NCBI GenBank assembly: GCA_963764715.1
Contig: CAVXTP010000018.1
Span: forward strand, 1 to 64,000
DNA: 64,000 nucleotides
Source: an uncultured Acidobacteriota bacterium
Lineage (GTDB): Bacteria > Acidobacteriota > Thermoanaerobaculia > UBA5066 > Gp7-AA6
Direction of reading: 5' to 3'
Shown: positions 1-8,873 of the stretch, one piece after another
Position numbering within the stretch: the first letter of the stretch is position 1
Layout: every line of letters starts with the position of its first letter
Program-made: the position numbers and the translations under genes
Notes under the pieces: generated by a model
Databases searched by the model: none
Told to the model about the DNA's origin: nothing
Seen by the model: the letters and a program-made list of their open reading frames with translations, nothing else

Positions 1-1790
1 AAGGGGATCGAGCCGTTGTTGTTCATCCAGAGGTAGCCGCCGTCGAGCGAGAACGGGCCCGCCTGGAAGTGCAGGCCGCCCTCCCACGTGTGGCCGAACT
101 CCTCCTGCTCGGTCGGGACGATCGCGAAGTCCTGCGGCACCCGGATGAGGATCTGGCGGTTGACGGCGAACTCGCCGCCGGCCCCGCGCAACGTCAGCAT
201 GTTCTGGAGGAGCGTGAGCTCGACGTCGGCGACGAACTCCCGGACCTTCGTCTTGTAGCCGATCTCGACGATGTCGTCGTCGGCGTCGGTTTCGGAAAAG
301 ACCGCCCCGACCTTGAGCACGTCCTTGAAGTTCCAGACGCCCCGGAACTTGTAGCGGTCCCGGTTGATGTAGTCCGTCCGGAAGATCGGCTGGTTCGCGT
401 CGTCGTGCCGGTAGTCGCCGGTCAGCGTCACGCCCCACATCGAGAACGACGCGCCGCCGCCGTAGGTGTTGACCGTGCGCTCGAAGGAGCCGTCCTGGCC
501 TCCCGGCACCACGATCTCGGCGGCGTCGGCCGTCGCCACCACGTCCTGCTGCGTCTGGGACCAGCCCGCGTTGACGGCGAAGGGGCCGAGCATGCGGGCC
601 GTCACGTTGGCGTCGTAAACGACGTTCTGCTGCTCGACCGCGGTCCGCGCGTCGATCTGCCGCAGGATCTGGCCCGTCGGCACGCCGGCGTAAGTCACGG
701 TGTTGAGGTAGAGGCTGGCGATCAGGGCCTGACCGGTGAGCGTTCGGCTGTTCTCGGTCCAACCTCCCGCGAGGGTCACGTTGGGGACGATCGAGATCTC
801 GGCGCGCGCCGAGCCGCGCCAGTAGTCCGTGCGGGCGCGGGAATTGACCGTTTCGCCGAGGCCCGAGAAGAAACGCGCGATCTCGAACCCGACGAAATTG
901 CCCGCGTCGGCTTCGACGTAGTTCGTCTCGTTCGAGCCGTCGGCCTTCATGTAGGAGCCGACGAGCTTGAGGCGCCCGAAGAGGTTTCCCGTGACCCAGG
1001 CGTTGGTGACGGGCGTATTGACCTTGTTCTCCTCGACCGAGGCGATCGCGTCGGCGTGGATGTCCTGTCCGAGGACGGGGTTCGTCACGTTGCCGTCGCC
1101 CGCGCCCGGGGCGAGCGTGTTGACCTGCTTCCAGCGGAAGTAACGCCAGCCCTGGGTGAACCCGGCCTGGACGGGGCCGCAGTCGAAACCGAGGCCGAGC
1201 CGGTAGAGCTCGTCGACCGAGTTGACCTGTTCGTTCATCAGGAACTCGTCGCCACCGAGGTGGTACGTCGTCGTCCCGGGGCCGTTGTAGACGTTGCGCG
1301 TGTACTGGAGGATGGGGCTGATGAGCTTGCCCGGAAGGAGCTCGAGCGTCGCGTCGTAGATGTTGCGCGTCCGGTTGTAGGTGTGCTGGCCCGGGATGAT
1401 GCCCTCGGAGAGGAACGGGTTGGCGAAGGCCGGCAGGGCGCTGTAGAGGTCGGTCTTGCGCCAGCTGAAGGTCAGCTTGTACATGCCGGTCGCGCCGGCC
1501 TGAAGGCGCAGCTGCCCGGCCGGACCCGCGCCCACGTCGGAGGCGTCGACGTGGAAGTATTCGAGCATCGAGCCGAGAGGGCCCTGCGATGTGTAGTCGA
1601 GGGAGCGCAGGAGGAAGCCCTGCCGGTCGTTGATCTGGGTCCGGTACTCGCGCTCGTTCCCGGACACGTCGACGAAACGGTACCCGACCTCGAGGTCGAG
1701 CGGGAGGGCCTGGCCGAGGAGCGAACCGGCGCTCACGAGCAGCGCCAGCGGGGCCGCGGCGGAGGCGATGAGCCAGGGAGCTTTTCTCAT
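1..1790 (-). CDS. Outer-membrane beta-barrel porin of MtrB/PioB type (3' end outside window)
   Basis: Not in the ORF track because it runs off the edge. Read by hand from ATG 1790 (GAGG RBS): MRKAPWLIASAAAPLALLVSAGSLLGQALPLDLEVGYRFVDVSGNEREYRTQIN... Signal peptide plus aromatic/Gly-rich beta-strand pattern; directly downstream of a decaheme cytochrome. Confidence 0.8.
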   Translation of the reverse strand, partial: MRKAPWLIASAAAPLALLVSAGSLLGQALPLDLEVGYRFVDVSGNEREYRTQINDRQGFLLRSLDYTSQGPLGSMLEYFHVDASDVGAGPAGQLRLQAGATGMYKLTFSWRKTDLYSALPAFANPFLSEGIIPGQHTYNRTRNIYDATLELLPGKLISPILQYTRNVYNGPGTTTYHLGGDEFLMNEQVNSVDELYRLGLGFDCGPVQAGFTQGWRYFRWKQVNTLAPGAGDGNVTNPVLGQDIHADAIASVEENKVNTPVTNAWVTGNLFGRLKLVGSYMKADGSNETNYVEADAGNFVGFEIARFFSGLGETVNSRARTDYWRGSARAEISIVPNVTLAGGWTENSRTLTGQALIASLYLNTVTYAGVPTGQILRQIDARTAVEQQNVVYDANVTARMLGPFAVNAGWSQTQQDVVATADAAEIVVPGGQDGSFERTVNTYGGGASFSMWGVTLTGDYRHDDANQPIFRTDYINRDRYKFRGVWNFKDVLKVGAVFSETDADDDIVEIGYKTKVREFVADVELTLLQNMLTLRGAGGEFAVNRQILIRVPQDFAIVPTEQEEFGHTWEGGLHFQAGPFSLDGGYLWMNNNGSIP

Positions 1791-1798
1791 GTCGACCT

Positions 1799-2797
1799 CT
1801 ACTTCAAGAGCCCCGGCGAGAGGTTCGATCCATGGACCGCGACGTGGCAGCTCGTGCAGTTGCGGTAACGAGGCGACGTCAGGTCATGGAAGGACGGCGG
1901 CTGGGAACCATAGGTCTTCGGGCCTCCCGTCTGCGAGTGGCAGGAGAGGCAGAGCTGGTCGACGCGGGCCCAGAGAAGCATGTTGGGATTGTTGGAGCCG
2001 TGGGGCTGGTGGCACGAGAGGCAGTCGCCGCCCGAGCCGGTGACGTGCTGGAAAACGAAGGGTCCCCGCATCTCGGAGTGGCAATTGAGGCAGGGGAGCT
2101 CGCCCTGCGTCGTCATCTTGACGGTCTGGCCCTTTTCGCCGTGGGGCGCGTGGCAGTCGAGGCAGGTCATCCCGCCGCGGTCGAGCCGGTGGGCATAGGG
2201 CTTGTTCTGGAAGGCCGCGGTCTGCGTCGTGTGACAGGTGGCGCAGAGCTCGCCCGGCGCCGCCGCAAGCAGGTTCGTGGTCTTCGGCGCGCTCTTGTGG
2301 ATCGAGTGGCAGGTCAGGCAGTTGACGGCCGCCGAGTTGGCGTGGACGCTGTTCGTCATCGACTGCTGGACGCCCTTCGAGAAGGAGTCCGTCCCGCCGC
2401 TCGAGAAGACCTTGACGTTGGCGTGGCAGGAAACGCACTCCTGCGCGCCGGCCGCGCCCCGCGGCACCGAGATGAGGGTCTTGTCGCCGCCCGCCTCCAT
2501 GTGCTTCGTGCCGTCGCCGTGACAGCTCGAGCAGAACTCGTTGAGGTCTTTCTTGAACTTCTGCGAGTGCCGCGCGTGGGGGTTCTTCGCGAAGGCCTCG
2601 ACGATGTCGCCGTGGCAATCGGCGCACTTGGTTTCGGACGACGCGGCGGCTGACGCGGGCGGCGCGGAATGCGCCGCGGGCGGAGCCGCCGGTGTGGGTG
2701 GGGGATCCGGCGCCCCGGCGGCGCTCCCGCCTGCGAGGAGCAGGCCGGTGGCGAGCACCGCGAGGGCGATCGACGGGGTGGCCCGGCGCCTCTTCAC
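1799..2797 (-). CDS. Periplasmic decaheme c-type cytochrome, MtrA/DmsE family
   Basis: Signal peptide; 10 CxxCH motifs; 'RGPFVFQH', 'HQPHGSNN' and C-terminal 'CHVAVHGSN' typical of MtrA/DmsE. Confidence 0.92.
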   Translation of the reverse strand: MKRRRATPSIALAVLATGLLLAGGSAAGAPDPPPTPAAPPAAHSAPPASAAASSETKCADCHGDIVEAFAKNPHARHSQKFKKDLNEFCSSCHGDGTKHMEAGGDKTLISVPRGAAGAQECVSCHANVKVFSSGGTDSFSKGVQQSMTNSVHANSAAVNCLTCHSIHKSAPKTTNLLAAAPGELCATCHTTQTAAFQNKPYAHRLDRGGMTCLDCHAPHGEKGQTVKMTTQGELPCLNCHSEMRGPFVFQHVTGSGGDCLSCHQPHGSNNPNMLLWARVDQLCLSCHSQTGGPKTYGSQPPSFHDLTSPRYRNCTSCHVAVHGSNLSPGLLK

Positions 2798-2824
2798 TCC
2801 TGTCTCCTTCCTTTAGAAAAAGGA

Positions 2825-2848
2825 AGGAGCGGTCTTGCGACCGCTCCT
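2825..2848 (-). terminator. Hairpin plus U-tract between the mtrC-like and mtrA-like genes
   Basis: AGGAGCGGTC-TTGC-GACCGCTCCT, followed on the minus strand by TCCTTTTTCT. Confidence 0.65.
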
Positions 2849-4922
2849 ACCGAGCGTGAACCTGGTCGACCGCGAAGTCGGTTCCCTCTCCGTGGCAGGC
2901 GGCGCAGGCTTCGCCGAAGGGCGCCGTCATGACGTAGGCGTGGGCGGCCGCGGCCTGGCCGTCGTGGCAGCCGAGGCAGGCCGCCGCGTTGTGCTGCTGC
3001 GGGGTGTACCAGTCGCGCAGCGTGACCGTGGGAAGAAGGCCCGGGGGCGGGTTCTCGCTGACCTGCTGGGAGCCGTCGACGTGGCACTTGACGCAGTCGC
3101 GGCGGTCACCCGGATAGAGGACGTGGTTGAAGTTGTTCACGGAGCCGCCGAACCCGTAGACCGTGTAGACCTGCGTGAGCTCCTCGCCCGTGTGGATGCG
3201 GTGGATCATGCGCTTGAAGTCGATCGACTCGGGTGGGGCGGCGTCCGCCGGGCGGCGGGAGGAGTCGTCCTCGTTGGGGTTGTGGCACATCACGCACTCT
3301 TCGGTGTTGAGGCGCTGTCCACCGTGGAGGGCGAGACGCGCGTGGCACGTGTTGCAGTTGGCCAGATCGACCACCTGGCGCCGCGGCTCGGGCGTGCCGC
3401 CGTCGACGGCCGCGTAGGCGACCGGGTTCATCGCGCCTTCGGTGAAGGTCGTCGCGTTGTTGGGGTGCGGATCGAGGTTGACGGTGCGGCGGGCCTCGAT
3501 CGAGAAGGCCCAGGTGCCCGTAGCGTCCGCCGGGATGGCGTGCGTGAACGTGTAGGTGCAGCTCTGTCCGTCGAAGGAGGCGCCGTCGGCGCGCTCGCGG
3601 TAGGGGTTGATCGCGTAGTCGGTCGTCGGTCCGCCCATCAGGAGGTTGAGGTTGGAGGTGAAGGGGCCCGGGGGAAGGACCGTGCCGTCGTTCTCGGTGA
3701 TCTTGAACGTCACGACCGGGAACTCGCCGGGGGCCGTGTGGGACACGGACAGGATCTCGGCGTTCAAGCCCTTGAGCTGGGTCGAGTTGTACGGGATCGT
3801 GTGGGCGCCCTGGACCGAGGCGTCCCACTCGCTTTCGCCGACCGGCTGGTGGCAGCTCGCGCACGAGCTGTCGGGCTGGACTCCGGCCGCGTGGCCCTCG
3901 CCGGTCGTCCAGTTGATGTTGTCGTGGCAGGAGCCGCAGGCGGCTTGCGACGGGTAGGTGAACCAGGTCGTGTTCTGGGTCGCCGGCGGGGCGTGGCAGG
4001 TCGTGCAGTTGCGGATGTCCTGCGGGAAGGCGACCTCGGAGAAGTCCGTGATCTCGCCCCGGCCGTAGAAGTAGTAGGGGATGCCGTCCGCGACGCTCGG
4101 CAGGCTCTCGCCCATGTGGATCTTGTGGATCATGACCTTCATGTCCACGGTGTTGCCCGAGTCGGGGTTGACGGTCTGCGGGGAGTGGCACAGGACGCAC
4201 AGCTTGACGTCCTGGCGGGAGCCGCCGTGCGCGGAGAGCGGGTCGTGGCAGGTGTTGCAGGCCGAGTTCGCGATCTCGTCCCAGGCCTCGGTGACGGGAG
4301 CGCCGCTGGGTACGAAGTCCTGCTCGACGTTGTCGTAGTAGTTCTTGTCCTGGATGCCCGCCATGTTGCGCGTGGCGTAGATGCCGAGGGTCGTCGTGAT
4401 CGTCTGGTCGTAGTCGGCCGGCAGCATCGTCTTGAACGTGTAGATCGAGTGGCCGATGTCGAGGTCGTTCCAGGTGCCGCCAGAGTCCGCGGCGGCCTGG
4501 GTCACGGTCACGCCCGGGTTCTGGCTCTCCGGCGCGCTGGTGCGCTGGCGCGTCGTGTAGGACGTGTACTGGCGCTGGCCGGCGTCGTACCACGCGAGGA
4601 TCATGCTCATCGAGATCGGGCCGGCCGTGACCTTGCCGTTGCGGTCGAGCGGCTGGTCGAGGTCGTCGGTGTACGAGACGTCGACGACCGGATGGAGGCC
4701 GGCGTCGATCGTGACGCTGTTGACCGTGATCTTGAGCCCCGGCCGGATGTACTCGGCCTGTTCGGCCGTGAGATAGAACTCCTTGGTGTCCTTGGCGTAC
4801 AGCGCCTTCGGGTCCGGCGTTCCCCGGCCCACGACCTGCGTCGTTCGCGTGCTCGTGGCCGGCACGATTGCCAGCGCTCCGGCCGCCATCGCCATCATCA
4901 GACCATTGCGAAACTTCTTCAT
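2847..4922 (-). CDS. Decaheme c-type cytochrome, OmcA/MtrC family
   Basis: 10 CxxCH motifs in two pentaheme blocks, each preceded by a beta domain; 'KVMIHKIHMG' and 'KRMIHRIHTG' motifs; GAGG RBS. Confidence 0.92.
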   Translation of the reverse strand: MKKFRNGLMMAMAAGALAIVPATSTRTTQVVGRGTPDPKALYAKDTKEFYLTAEQAEYIRPGLKITVNSVTIDAGLHPVVDVSYTDDLDQPLDRNGKVTAGPISMSMILAWYDAGQRQYTSYTTRQRTSAPESQNPGVTVTQAAADSGGTWNDLDIGHSIYTFKTMLPADYDQTITTTLGIYATRNMAGIQDKNYYDNVEQDFVPSGAPVTEAWDEIANSACNTCHDPLSAHGGSRQDVKLCVLCHSPQTVNPDSGNTVDMKVMIHKIHMGESLPSVADGIPYYFYGRGEITDFSEVAFPQDIRNCTTCHAPPATQNTTWFTYPSQAACGSCHDNINWTTGEGHAAGVQPDSSCASCHQPVGESEWDASVQGAHTIPYNSTQLKGLNAEILSVSHTAPGEFPVVTFKITENDGTVLPPGPFTSNLNLLMGGPTTDYAINPYRERADGASFDGQSCTYTFTHAIPADATGTWAFSIEARRTVNLDPHPNNATTFTEGAMNPVAYAAVDGGTPEPRRQVVDLANCNTCHARLALHGGQRLNTEECVMCHNPNEDDSSRRPADAAPPESIDFKRMIHRIHTGEELTQVYTVYGFGGSVNNFNHVLYPGDRRDCVKCHVDGSQQVSENPPPGLLPTVTLRDWYTPQQHNAAACLGCHDGQAAAAHAYVMTAPFGEACAACHGEGTDFAVDQVHAR

Positions 4923-5488
4923 GGCGCCGACCTCCTCACGTTCGGGGCGTCTGGGTCGAGTCTGACCTCGAGGCCTCTGGAGAACTCTGATTCATTTGCA
5001 TCAAACGAGACTCCCGAACCCCTATCGTTGTCAAGGCGTGTCGGGACGTCGGGAGCGATTTCGATGGCGATGGGCTGTCGGTCCGTCACGACGACCCGGC
5101 GCCCCAGGATCTCGGCGCAGAAGCGGGACAGGTCGACGTTCGAGAACTCGTCCCAGCCGCGACAGACGCCGGGGCGGACGACCTGCGTGTCGCAGGCCAG
5201 GGTCAGGCCCTGCCGGACCTGCTCGGAGAGCTGCCAGAGGTCGGCGAACCGCTCCATCTGTGCGCGGCTCAGGTGCGTGCTCACTCCGATGAGCGGCTTC
5301 CAGAGGTCGTGGAACTCCCGTTCGCCCCATTGGCGGAAGCCGCGGCAGAAGATTCCGCGCTCCGCGGCGGCCTGGCACATCGAGCGCCCGTCGCCGCAGA
5401 GCCGCACGAGGGATTCTCTGAGTTGACCGATCGCTTCCGCGCGCGTCCACACGTCCTGCGGGACGGGAGCGGAAGGCGAAGGGTTCAT
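4919..5488 (-). CDS. Uncharacterised Cys-rich protein (paralog A)
   Basis: Aligns by eye with the adjacent ORF (TRxxAI..LC..C.AA..G..CRGF ... CD.....C.GW..F.N). Stop overlaps the mtrC ATG. Start uncertain (5488 or 5497). Confidence 0.7.
   Translation of the reverse strand: MNPSPSAPVPQDVWTRAEAIGQLRESLVRLCGDGRSMCQAAAERGIFCRGFRQWGEREFHDLWKPLIGVSTHLSRAQMERFADLWQLSEQVRQGLTLACDTQVVRPGVCRGWDEFSNVDLSRFCAEILGRRVVVTDRQPIAIEIAPDVPTRLDNDRGSGVSFDANESEFSRGLEVRLDPDAPNVRRSAP
4988..5003. promoter_or_regulatory. TGATGC-N4-GCATCA box upstream of the mtrC-like gene
   Basis: TGATTCATTTGCATCA; candidate -10 CAGACT on the minus strand at 4964-4959. Confidence 0.75.
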
Positions 5489-5524
5489 GGCGCGCATCTG
5501 ATCCTCGATCCGGCGAAGAGCGCA

Positions 5525-5540
5525 TGATGCATCCACATCA
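5525..5540. promoter_or_regulatory. TGATGC-N4-GCATCA box upstream of Cys-rich paralog A
   Basis: TGATGCATCCACATCA. Confidence 0.7.
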
Positions 5541-5552
5541 CGGCGAAAAGTT

Positions 5553-5957
5553 TCAGCCGATGATGGCTTCACGGCCGGTCAGCTCCTTGTACGTTTCCGC
5601 CAGGCGGGCGTTGTCGAACTGATTCCAGCCGTCGCAGCCGCAGTGATCGCGGGTCTCGGCGTCGCAGCAGATGGCGAACCCGCCGACTTCCTGGCGCCCG
5701 ATGTGGTAGAGGCTGATGAGCCTCTCGAGCTCCTCGCGCGAGGCGTCGGGACGGTGGCGCGCGATCCAGTCGAAGCGCTTCCGGAGCTGATCGTCCGTGA
5801 GGGCCGCGAACCCGCGGCACATCACGCCCAGGTGCGCCGCCGCGGAGCACGCGCAGTGCTCTTCGTCGCAGAGCTTCGCGAGCCGCTCCCGGATCGCCGC
5901 GATCGCCTGCGGGCGGGTGAGGTGAAGGGGCCGCATCGGGGTCGTGGGTTCGTCCAC
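5553..5957 (-). CDS. Uncharacterised Cys-rich protein (paralog B)
   Basis: LCDEEHCACSAAAHLGVMCRGF...ICCDAETRDHCGCDGWNQFDN; homologous to paralog A. Start GTG 5957, or ATG 5936 or 6017. Confidence 0.7.
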   Translation of the reverse strand: MDEPTTPMRPLHLTRPQAIAAIRERLAKLCDEEHCACSAAAHLGVMCRGFAALTDDQLRKRFDWIARHRPDASREELERLISLYHIGRQEVGGFAICCDAETRDHCGCDGWNQFDNARLAETYKELTGREAIIG

Positions 5958-5991
5958 GACGACAGGATCGCCCGGGGAATTTGCGGGTGCC

Positions 5992-6007
5992 TGATGCGAA
6001 TGGATCA
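5992..6007. promoter_or_regulatory. TGATGC-N4-GCATCA box upstream of Cys-rich paralog B
   Basis: TGATGCGAATGGATCA, identical to the copy at 19489. Confidence 0.75.
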
Positions 6008-6025
6008 AGTCCCTCATGGGCCGCC

Positions 6026-6259
6026 TCAGTCGGGCTTGCGGGCTTCGGCCGCGCCGCCCTGGGCCGCGCGCAGGGTCTCGCCGGCGCGGAAGCGGTAGTG
6101 GCCGCCGGGCGTCCGGATGGTCGCGAGCAGGCCGGCGCGCGCCCACCGCGTGACCGTCGAGGTCGAAACTCCGAAAAGTCGCGCCACGTCGCGTCGGGAC
6201 AGAAAGTCGGGCTCCGCCGGAAAAGTCGGGCTCGCTTCGCGATTCAGCAGTTCGGGCAT
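6026..6259 (-). CDS. BldC/excisionase-like small MerR-type HTH DNA-binding protein
   Basis: LSRRDVARLFGVSTSTVTRWARAGLLATIRTPGGHYRFR; AAGGAG RBS before ATG 6259. Confidence 0.85.
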   Translation of the reverse strand: MPELLNREASPTFPAEPDFLSRRDVARLFGVSTSTVTRWARAGLLATIRTPGGHYRFRAGETLRAAQGGAAEARKPD

Positions 6260-6325
6260 CTTTCTTTCTCCTTTTCTTGACGATCCCACGCCGGAGACTC
6301 TGACGCCGGTGGCAGTCCGCCCGTA

Positions 6326-6341
6326 TGATGCAAACGAATCA
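6326..6341. promoter_or_regulatory. TGATGC-N4-GCATCA box upstream of the BldC-like gene
   Basis: TGATGCAAACGAATCA; candidate -10 CAGAGT on the minus strand at 6302-6297. Confidence 0.75.
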
Positions 6342-6456
6342 AACGGGAGGATCGGCCTCCCGGGGCCGTGCCGAAGCGGCGCTCCGCCTCCTTTCGAAGG
6401 GCCCGGAGGTGGAGGCGGCGGATCAGGACGACCAGTCCGGCCGCCGCCTCGGCGCG

Positions 6457-7392
6457 TCAGGCGGTCGGCGCGAGCGGCTGGGGCCAGTTCGGGACGAGCC
6501 CCTCGTGGCGCACCGTCTGCAGCACGCGGTCGGGAGTGCCCCAGTCGCTCCACGACACGTCGGGCAGCGACGAGACGGCGAGGAGCGCGGGAAAGGCCTG
6601 GAGAATTCGTTCGGAGAAGTTGGCGGTCGGCGCCGCCGCGTACGCCCGCTCGATCGCCCGCGCCTCGGCGCTCGTGCCCGAGAAGGGGCGGATGGCTTCG
6701 AGCGCGGCGTGGAGCGAGGGAATCGCGCGCCGTCCGGCGTCGAGCAGCGCCGCGGCGCGCGCGACGACGACGAACGTGTTCCAGAGGCAGCCGCGCTCCA
6801 TGCAGGCCCGGGCCGTTCCGTCGTCGGGCTTCTCCCAGAACCGGCGCACCAGGCGCAGCCCGGGCTCGAGCTCGCTGCCCGGCTCGATCCAGCCGTAGCC
6901 GGTCTCCGGGGCGTCCGGCCGGGCGCCGACGACCGCGAGGTGCGCGGGGTGGCGCTCGACCTGGCGGGCGACGTCCGCGACGTGAGAAATGAACGCGGCG
7001 TCGTCGCCCACGAAATGGTCCGACGGAAAGACGGCGACCACGGCCTTCGGGTCGCGCCAGGCGATCCAGTGGACGGGGAGCAGGACGCCGGCGGCCGTGC
7101 CCCGGTCGCTCGGCTGCACCAGAACCTTCGGCGCGTCCCGGCGGGCGAACTCGCGGGCGAGAAACGCCGCGTGGGATCTGGTGGCGATGACGACGGTCCG
7201 CTCGGGAGGCACCGCGAGCGCCACGCGATCGAGCGTCTGGCGCAGGAGGGAGCGGGACCCGGTGAGCACCGCGTACTGCTTGGGCCGGCCGTCGGCGTGG
7301 ACGCGCTCGACGAGGGACGCCAGGCGCCTTCCCTCCCCGCCGGCGAGGACGACCGCCCAGAGTCGAGGACCCGATTCATCCGGACGCGGCAT
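6457..7392 (-). CDS. Mannose-1-phosphate guanylyltransferase-like nucleotidyltransferase
   Basis: LAGGEGRRL, PKQY, FPSDH, TGYGWI, FWEKP and WSDWG motifs. Confidence 0.85.
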   Translation of the reverse strand: MPRPDESGPRLWAVVLAGGEGRRLASLVERVHADGRPKQYAVLTGSRSLLRQTLDRVALAVPPERTVVIATRSHAAFLAREFARRDAPKVLVQPSDRGTAAGVLLPVHWIAWRDPKAVVAVFPSDHFVGDDAAFISHVADVARQVERHPAHLAVVGARPDAPETGYGWIEPGSELEPGLRLVRRFWEKPDDGTARACMERGCLWNTFVVVARAAALLDAGRRAIPSLHAALEAIRPFSGTSAEARAIERAYAAAPTANFSERILQAFPALLAVSSLPDVSWSDWGTPDRVLQTVRHEGLVPNWPQPLAPTA

Positions 7393-7481
7393 CGAGCCTT
7401 CCCCTTCGAATTGCCCGCTCGCGCGTGAGTCCGACGTCCGATCCAACCACATCGGAGGCGTCATTTTCCACCCGCCGGCGA

Positions 7482-7946
7482 TCACGCCGGCGCGGCGCGG
7501 ACGGTCAGGACCGGGCGCGCCGCGCGGGAGACCACCCGGGCCGCGACACTTCCCAGGAGAATGCGCGAGGGACCGCGGCGGCCGTGGGTTCCCATGACGA
7601 TGAGGCCCGCCTGTTCCTTTTCGGCGGCATCCAGGATCTCCTCGTCCGGGAGTCCCTCCCGCAGGGTCCCGTGGGCGTCGATGCCCCCGGCGCGGGCATG
7701 GTCGACGGCGGCCTCGAGCCGCTTCTCGGCGTTGGACCGGACGGCCCGGGCGAAATCCTCGTAGACGCCGGGCGGGTAAGCGCCGATCGGCGCCTCCGGG
7801 ACCGCGGCGAGCGCGGGGACCTGGTACGCGTGGACGATCGTCAAACGCCCGCCGCATTCGCGCGCGATGCGCTCGGCTTCCTTGAGGGCCGGCTCCGACG
7901 CCGGCGAGAAGTCGGTGGCCGCGAGGATGCGATCGAAGGTCTTCAT
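7482..7946 (-). CDS. Universal stress protein
   Basis: ILAATDFS...IVMGTHGRRG...LGSVA. Confidence 0.92.
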   Translation of the reverse strand: MKTFDRILAATDFSPASEPALKEAERIARECGGRLTIVHAYQVPALAAVPEAPIGAYPPGVYEDFARAVRSNAEKRLEAAVDHARAGGIDAHGTLREGLPDEEILDAAEKEQAGLIVMGTHGRRGPSRILLGSVAARVVSRAARPVLTVRAAPA

Positions 7947-7990
7947 GGTGACCTCCACCGCGATCATCTGGTTCCGGGAGGCGCGCCGAA

Positions 7991-8006
7991 TGATGCATTC
8001 TCATCA
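7991..8006. promoter_or_regulatory. TGATGC-N4-GCATCA box between the divergent USP and HPF genes
   Basis: TGATGCATTCTCATCA. Confidence 0.75.
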
Positions 8007-8041
8007 ATCCGCGCGCCCGGCCCCGCGGGGAGACTCTTCCC

Positions 8042-8410
8042 ATGACGACGATGCCGCTGCAGATCCATCTCGGAGAAGTCGGAGACGCGCCGGGCGTGGA
8101 GAAGGCCATCGCGGAGGGCGCGGCGCGGCTGGAGCGCTATTCGGACGAGATCCAGCGTTGCCAGGTCTGGGTCGAGGCGCCGCACGGCCACCACCAGCAG
8201 GGACGGCTCTACGAGGTCCGGATCCGCCTGACGGTTCCGGAGGAAGAGCTCGTGGTGCACAACCAGCCGGCCGACGACGACGTGCACGCGCTGCTGCATC
8301 GGGCCTTCGACGCGGCGCGGCGCCAGCTCCAGGACTACATGCGGCGTCGCCGGCGGGACGTCGCGCGGCATGGTGCCGCGCGCCGCAAGCCCGGACAGGG
8401 AGGAATGTGA
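8042..8410 (+). CDS. HPF/RaiA-family ribosome hibernation protein
   Basis: LERYSDEIQRCQVWVEAPHGHHQQG..YEVRIRLTVP..AFDAARRQLQDY. Confidence 0.8.
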   Translation: MTTMPLQIHLGEVGDAPGVEKAIAEGAARLERYSDEIQRCQVWVEAPHGHHQQGRLYEVRIRLTVPEEELVVHNQPADDDVHALLHRAFDAARRQLQDYMRRRRRDVARHGAARRKPGQGGM

Positions 8411-8871
8411 TGCAGACCAAGTCGATTTCACGCACGCCGGCGCCCACCCGTCCGGTGCGCCCCGCGGAGGTCCGCGACCTCATGACGGAGCACGTCTTCA
8501 CGCTGCAGCCCTCCGACGACCTCGAGGCGCTCTACGACCTGATGGACGCGCACCACGTGCGGCACGTTCCGATCGTCGATCGGGACGGCGATCTCGTCGG
8601 CCTCGTGACGCAGCGCGACCTCGCGCGCAGCGCCCTCGGCACCCAGGACGTCCTCCCGCTCTCGGCGCAGCAGGAGATGCTCCGCCGGCGCCACGTGCGG
8701 GAGATCATGGCAACCGAGGTCGAGACGGTCGAGCCGGACGAGTCGCTGAAGGCCGCGGCCTCCATGCTTCTCGAGAACAAGATCGGCTGCCTGCCGGTCG
8801 TCGAAGGGGAACACCTCGTCGGGATCCTGACGGAGTCGGATTTCGTCCGTTACTACACGGAGAGGAGCTGA
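8410..8871 (+). CDS. CBS-domain pair protein
   Basis: VRHVPIVD..LVGLVTQRD; IGCLPVV..LVGILTESD. Confidence 0.9.
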   Translation: MQTKSISRTPAPTRPVRPAEVRDLMTEHVFTLQPSDDLEALYDLMDAHHVRHVPIVDRDGDLVGLVTQRDLARSALGTQDVLPLSAQQEMLRRRHVREIMATEVETVEPDESLKAAASMLLENKIGCLPVVEGEHLVGILTESDFVRYYTERS

Positions 8872-8873
8872 AG

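Noticed and set aside
69-1868. 599-aa plus-strand ORF, and many other long overlapping ORFs (e.g. 2835-5426, 14432-16834, 16659-19472, 34924-37785, 62525-63745)
   Set aside because: Antisense or alternate-frame shadows typical of high-GC DNA; the opposite frames carry clear family motifs.
6408-6421. GGTGGAGGCGGCGG, a 14-bp match to the tmRNA 3' core
   Set aside because: Short and G-rich, lacks the conserved island-end flanks, and forms one arm of a local hairpin (CTCCGCCTCC..GGAGGTGGAG) after a stop codon.
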